From the NCBI GenBank assembly GCA_002787355.1, contig PCWN01000007.1, positions 315,552-379,551 of the forward strand: DNA of 64,000 nt, given 5' to 3'. The translations under genes and the position numbers were made by a program. This DNA is from Candidatus Magasanikbacteria bacterium CG11_big_fil_rev_8_21_14_0_20_39_34. GTDB lineage: Bacteria > Patescibacteriota > Patescibacteriia > Magasanikbacterales > UBA922. The notes under the pieces were generated by a model. That model was not told the DNA's origin. It worked only from the letters and a program-made list of their open reading frames with translations, and searched no databases. Of this stretch, positions 59,968 to 64,000 are shown in pieces (the first letter of the stretch is position 1; each line of letters begins with the position of its first letter).

Positions 59968-61272
59968 CTACATGGACCAATACCGCATGCCCTCATCTTC
60001 AATGTCCTGCTTTGAATACAGTCTTTTGATATCTACCAAAAGAAGATTTTCATGATTCATAAGAGCACGCAGATCCTTTGGGGTCATGTCTTTATATTCA
60101 TCATGTGCCACGGCTACAATGAGAGTATCTGCATTCACAAGATCTTCTTTTTTGGCAAGATGAATTCCATATTCGTGAAAAACCTCTTGCTCATCTGCAA
60201 TAGGATCATAAACAATAGGTTCAACACCAAAATCTTTGAGTTCCAAAATAAGTTCCGCAACCTTAGAGTTTCGAATATCTTTTACATTTTCTTTGAAGGT
60301 AATTCCCAGCACAGCAAATTTGGATTTACTGACATCTTTGCCCACTCGTACCATTTCTTTGATAATAGACTGTGCTATAAACTTATGCATGGAATCATTA
60401 ATTCCACGACCAGCTAAAATCATCTCCGGACGATGTCCAACTTCTTGTGCCTTAAAAGTAAGATAATACGGATCCACACCAATACAATGTCCTCCTACAA
60501 GACCTGGCAAAAATTTTAAAAAGTTCCATTTGGTTCCTGCTGCATCAAGCACATCATAAACAGAAATATCCATCTTAGAAAAGAGCATAGCAAGCTCATT
60601 CATGAGTGCAATGTTGATGTCACGCTGAGTGTTTTCAATTACCTTTGCGGCTTCTGCTACCCGAATGGATGCTGCTAAAAAGGTATTGGTAATGGCACCA
60701 TATACCTGTGCAATGACGTGTGAACTTTCTGCATCGGAGCCTGAAACCACTTTGGTAATTTTATCAATGGTATGTTCTTTGTCACCTGGATTTACACGCT
60801 CAGGTGAATATCCTACCCAAAAATTTTTCTTATGTGTTAAACCAGAAGTCTTCTCAAGAAGTGGTACACAAATATCTTCCGTAACACCCGGATACACCGT
60901 TGACTCAAACACAACAATGCTCCCCGCAGCCATGTTTGCTCCCACCATTTCACTGGCTCTTTTTACAATACCAAGGTCTGGAATATTATTTTTGTCTACC
61001 GGGGTTGGAACCGCCACAATAATGTAGCGCGCCTCTGAGATTCTCTTTTGATCACAGGTATAGTCCAACTGTACGGCTTTCAACTCATCTGAGGTAAGTT
61101 CATTCATCCTATCATACCCGGTTTTGAGTTGTTCTATCTTTTCTTGATCAATATCAAAACCTATCACATCAAAATGTTTTGCCAAAAGAACCGCCAGAGG
61201 AAGCCCAACATACCCAAGGCCTACCACACAAAGTTTCTCTTGTTTTGATTGTAATTGTTCAAAAGTTACCAT
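59968..61272 (-). CDS. UDP-N-acetylhexosamine dehydrogenase (TviB/WbpO-like)
   Basis: GLGYVGLPLA, ESTVYPG, SPER, KVIENTQRD, GLVGGHCIGVDPYY. Confidence 0.93.
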   Translation of the reverse strand: MVTFEQLQSKQEKLCVVGLGYVGLPLAVLLAKHFDVIGFDIDQEKIEQLKTGYDRMNELTSDELKAVQLDYTCDQKRISEARYIIVAVPTPVDKNNIPDLGIVKRASEMVGANMAAGSIVVFESTVYPGVTEDICVPLLEKTSGLTHKKNFWVGYSPERVNPGDKEHTIDKITKVVSGSDAESSHVIAQVYGAITNTFLAASIRVAEAAKVIENTQRDINIALMNELAMLFSKMDISVYDVLDAAGTKWNFLKFLPGLVGGHCIGVDPYYLTFKAQEVGHRPEMILAGRGINDSMHKFIAQSIIKEMVRVGKDVSKSKFAVLGITFKENVKDIRNSKVAELILELKDFGVEPIVYDPIADEQEVFHEYGIHLAKKEDLVNADTLIVAVAHDEYKDMTPKDLRALMNHENLLLVDIKRLYSKQDIEDEGMRYWSM

Positions 61273-61406
61273 AATTTTTTTCTAATATGGAGATATTATA
61301 CATAGAATGATAAACCATTTCAAGCCCCCTCCATCAAATAGAGCTTTCCCAGACAAAGTACGATCCCTCTTCACAAAAGTGCCTAAATTGAGTACCATAG
61401 GGACAT

Positions 61407-62540
61407 ATGAAAATACTTTTTCTCATTACCAAAGCAGAAGTGGGGGGTGCACAAAAAATGACCCTCACCCTCTCCAAAGAGCTCAAACGTCGTGGCCATG
61501 AGGTCATGCTTGGTTTGGGAAAAAATACCGGAACTTTTTTGATTGATGAGCTTCAAAAAGAAGATATTCCCTTTCATACCTTTTCATACCTCTCAAGAAG
61601 CCTGAATCCCCTTTTGATTTTTCAATTTAAAAAAGAATTTTCTCAGTTTCTCAGTAAGAATTCTTTTGATGTTATTCATCTCAATAGCTCCAATACACTT
61701 CCCGCTGCAGAAGTTACGAAGAAAAAAAGTCCCAAAACAAAAACGGTGTTCACCTTTCGAGGGCTTTCCTATCTTGACCCGGGTTCAAAAAAATATCTTC
61801 TCAAATTCTTTTTTCAAAAATTTTATCTTCACTACCTCCCATTTATTGACCATCCCGTTTTCGTAAGTCAGACCAATCGTGAATATGCAAACAAAATTAA
61901 CCTCTGCAAAAGCCAAGAGGTTGTTTACAATGCTCCCGAAGTAGAATATCTCTCAAAACAGGAATCCGAGGAAGAACTTGAACGGCTTATCCATAAAGAA
62001 AAAGGATTTCTCAGAGAAAAACAAATTTTGGGATCCATAGGAAGGCTAGCATACCCAAAAAACTATGAACTTATATTCAAAGCCCTTCCAAAGCTTTTAC
62101 AGACAAATCCAAATATTCTGTTTTTTCTTTTTGGAAGTGGACCGGAATTTCAAAATTATCAGTCCATCATTCAAAAAGAAAATCTTTCTGAAAACGTTTT
62201 TATCCTCCAGGCGGAAAACGCTGCACAATACCTCAAGGGATTTCATATTTTTGTCCTCCCATCCCTCTATGAAGGGCTCTCGATTACACTCATTGAAGCG
62301 CTCCAAGCGCATATTCCCATAGTTGCCTCAGACGTAGGAGGAAGCCATGAAGTTCTCCATGATGATACAAATCAGCTCTTTGAAAGTGGTCATGAGACTG
62401 CTTTGTGTGAAAAAATAAAAGCATTTTTGGATAATAGAATGCTTTTTGAAGAAACTATAGAAAAAAACAAGGTTTTTTCAAAAGATTTTGGTGTCAAAAC
62501 CATGGTTGAGGATTATCTGAAAATATACACAAAAAAATAG
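61407..62540 (+). CDS. GT4 glycosyltransferase
   Basis: GGAQ, IGRLAYPKN, PSLYEGLSITLIEA. Confidence 0.92.
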   Translation: MKILFLITKAEVGGAQKMTLTLSKELKRRGHEVMLGLGKNTGTFLIDELQKEDIPFHTFSYLSRSLNPLLIFQFKKEFSQFLSKNSFDVIHLNSSNTLPAAEVTKKKSPKTKTVFTFRGLSYLDPGSKKYLLKFFFQKFYLHYLPFIDHPVFVSQTNREYANKINLCKSQEVVYNAPEVEYLSKQESEEELERLIHKEKGFLREKQILGSIGRLAYPKNYELIFKALPKLLQTNPNILFFLFGSGPEFQNYQSIIQKENLSENVFILQAENAAQYLKGFHIFVLPSLYEGLSITLIEALQAHIPIVASDVGGSHEVLHDDTNQLFESGHETALCEKIKAFLDNRMLFEETIEKNKVFSKDFGVKTMVEDYLKIYTKK

Positions 62541-62571
62541 CTAAAATAAGATAAAAAATAAATTACATCGC

Positions 62572-62595
62572 AAGGCCTTGAAAAAGGCCTTTTTT
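62572..62595 (+). terminator. Intrinsic terminator
   Basis: AAGGCCTT-gaaa-AAGGCCTT followed by a T-run. Confidence 0.75.
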
Positions 62596-62598
62596 ATA

Positions 62599-62627
62599 TT
62601 GACAAAAGGGTCTTTTTTTGCTACAAT
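62599..62627 (+). promoter_or_regulatory. Near-consensus sigma70 promoter
   Basis: TTGACA-17-TACAAT with extended -10 TG. Confidence 0.85.
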
Positions 62628-62633
62628 AGCCAG

Positions 62634-62913
62634 TTATTGTATATAGTGTACAATAGAGTGTTCTTTACAAAATCTCAGGCTCTACAGGTAGGAAAAAATT
62701 GATATGCTGTCAATTTTTTCCTGCCTAGCTCTCTCCGCTGTTGCGCGAAGGGCGGAAGTAGGGCTTGGGTCCCACAGCATGGGTCCTTCTCCGGTAATTT
62801 CTCCGGAGTGACGTTACCTTCCATGCACGGTAGTAATACTGGTGGGAAAAAGATGCAATGTGCGCTCTATCGGGAAAGGTGCCCGAGAAAGCGTAGGATA
62901 CAGGAGTCTTGTC
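62634..62913 (+). ncRNA. Candidate structured 5' leader RNA with boxA-like motif
   Basis: Serial hairpins with G-U pairs valid on the + strand; TGTTCTTTACAA at 62659-62670. Confidence 0.5.
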
Positions 62914-64000
62914 ATGAACCGGTTTTTCACCCTGGTGGCGGCCTGCCTTTTTTCGTTCCTCCTGGGCGGCTGCTTGCCGTCCTTGGAGGACGAGTGCAAC
63001 TCGGACCGGGACTGCCCCCGGTTCGCCGAGGGGGCGACCTGCCGAGTGGGCATCTGCCTGCTCGGCACGGACGCCGCCCCGACCGACGCGGCGATGAATG
63101 ATGATGGTGCGGACGGGACGAACGTCCCGACCGACGCCGCCACCGACGCCGCCACCGACGCCACCCCCGACGCGGCGATGCCCGATGCCGAGGTGCCCGA
63201 TGCCGAGGTGCCCGATGCCGAGGTGCCCGATGCCGAGGTGCCCGACGCCACCCCCGACGCGGCGATGCCCGACGCCGCACTGACCGATGCCGACATTCCC
63301 GATTCCTCGCCACCGTGCGAGGACAGTCCGTCCTTCGGGGCGGACTGTGAGACGGGGATGCCCGGCGCCTGCGCCATCGGCACCATGGAGTGTGAGCTCG
63401 GTGAGCTGGCCTGCGTGCCCGCCACCGAGCCCACCGACGAGGTGTGCGACGGCCTGGACAACGACTGCGACGAGCAGATCGACGAGGGCTTCGACCTGCA
63501 GGCCGACCCCAGCCACTGCGGCGCCTGTGGCCGCACCTGCTCCTTCGAGCACGCCACCCCGGCCTGCGTGGCCGGGGTGTGTCAGATCGAGCAGTGTGAC
63601 CAGGGGCAAGTCGATCTCGACGAGCGGCCCGACAACGGCTGCGAGTACCACTGCACGCCCACCCAGGAGGGTGAGGCGTGCGGCGATGAGATCGACAACG
63701 ACTGCGATGGCTCGGTCGACGAGGAGTGCGCCTGCGATCCTCACACCTTCCAGCCGGCCCCCTGCAACGCGCAGGGTGAGGTCGGCGCCTGCCGCAACGG
63801 CACCTCACGGTGCCAGAACGGCAACGGCTCGCGTGTCGTCTGCGAGCCGTCGCAGCCCCAAGACGAGGCCTGCGACGGTATCGACAACGACTGCGATGGA
63901 AGCATCGACGAGGGCCTGCGCAACGCCTGCGGTGAGTGTGGCGAGGTGCCCGCGGAGACCTGCAACGGTCGCGATGACAACTGCGACGGGCAGATCGACG
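62914..64000 (+). CDS. Myxobacterial-type Cys/Asp-rich lipoprotein with MopE-like repeats (partial, runs off window)
   Basis: AGGAG 7 nt upstream; MNRFFTLVAACLFSFLLGGC lipobox; four E.C.G.DN.CD..(I/V)D repeats; DPSHCGACGRTC; no stop in 362 codons; about 73-75% GC in sampled lines. Confidence 0.88.
   Translation, partial: MNRFFTLVAACLFSFLLGGCLPSLEDECNSDRDCPRFAEGATCRVGICLLGTDAAPTDAAMNDDGADGTNVPTDAATDAATDATPDAAMPDAEVPDAEVPDAEVPDAEVPDATPDAAMPDAALTDADIPDSSPPCEDSPSFGADCETGMPGACAIGTMECELGELACVPATEPTDEVCDGLDNDCDEQIDEGFDLQADPSHCGACGRTCSFEHATPACVAGVCQIEQCDQGQVDLDERPDNGCEYHCTPTQEGEACGDEIDNDCDGSVDEECACDPHTFQPAPCNAQGEVGACRNGTSRCQNGNGSRVVCEPSQPQDEACDGIDNDCDGSIDEGLRNACGECGEVPAETCNGRDDNCDGQID
63131..63272 (+). 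repeat. Coding tandem repeats
   Basis: CCCGATGCCGAGGTG x4 (63181-63240, PDAEV); CCGACGCCGCCA x2 plus a variant; duplicated 29-nt flank. Confidence 0.93.

Noticed and set aside
63181-63240. Repeats as a CRISPR array
   Set aside because: Contiguous 15-mers without spacers, in-frame coding; no cas genes in the window
62725-63980. Long minus-strand ORFs (339, 293, 247, 79 aa) and short plus ORFs
   Set aside because: Shadow frames of the GC-rich plus-strand gene starting at 62914, which has the SD, signal peptide and motifs

Overview
AT-rich (roughly 30-40% GC by eye) chromosomal segment, genetic code 11, with the gene content and Shine-Dalgarno-less, A-rich start contexts typical of Patescibacteria (CPR; ABY1/Magasanikbacteria-like is an inference). 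It carries housekeeping genes (dnaX, dnaB-ybaB-recR, rplU, folD, mraZ-rsmH-ftsL, murF, ftsI, pilT, msrA, tag), many glycosyltransferases and sugar-nucleotide enzymes, and surface proteases. Downstream of tRNA-Gln(CTG) lies a ~7 kb defence island: decayed serine recombinase, YjzC-like gene, lexA, and a divergent type III R-M + CBASS (CdnE/Cap15) operon. The most unusual signal is three GC-rich islets (1014-1310, 3258-3503, 62914-end; about 58-75% GC in sampled lines). Each has an AT-rich sigma70-like promoter and a strong SD that native genes lack. The first two share a 3' hairpin architecture. The third has a structured, boxA-like-containing ~280-nt leader and encodes a myxobacterial-type Cys/Asp-rich lipoprotein missing from the ORF track. 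All annotations come from motif recognition only; no searches were run.
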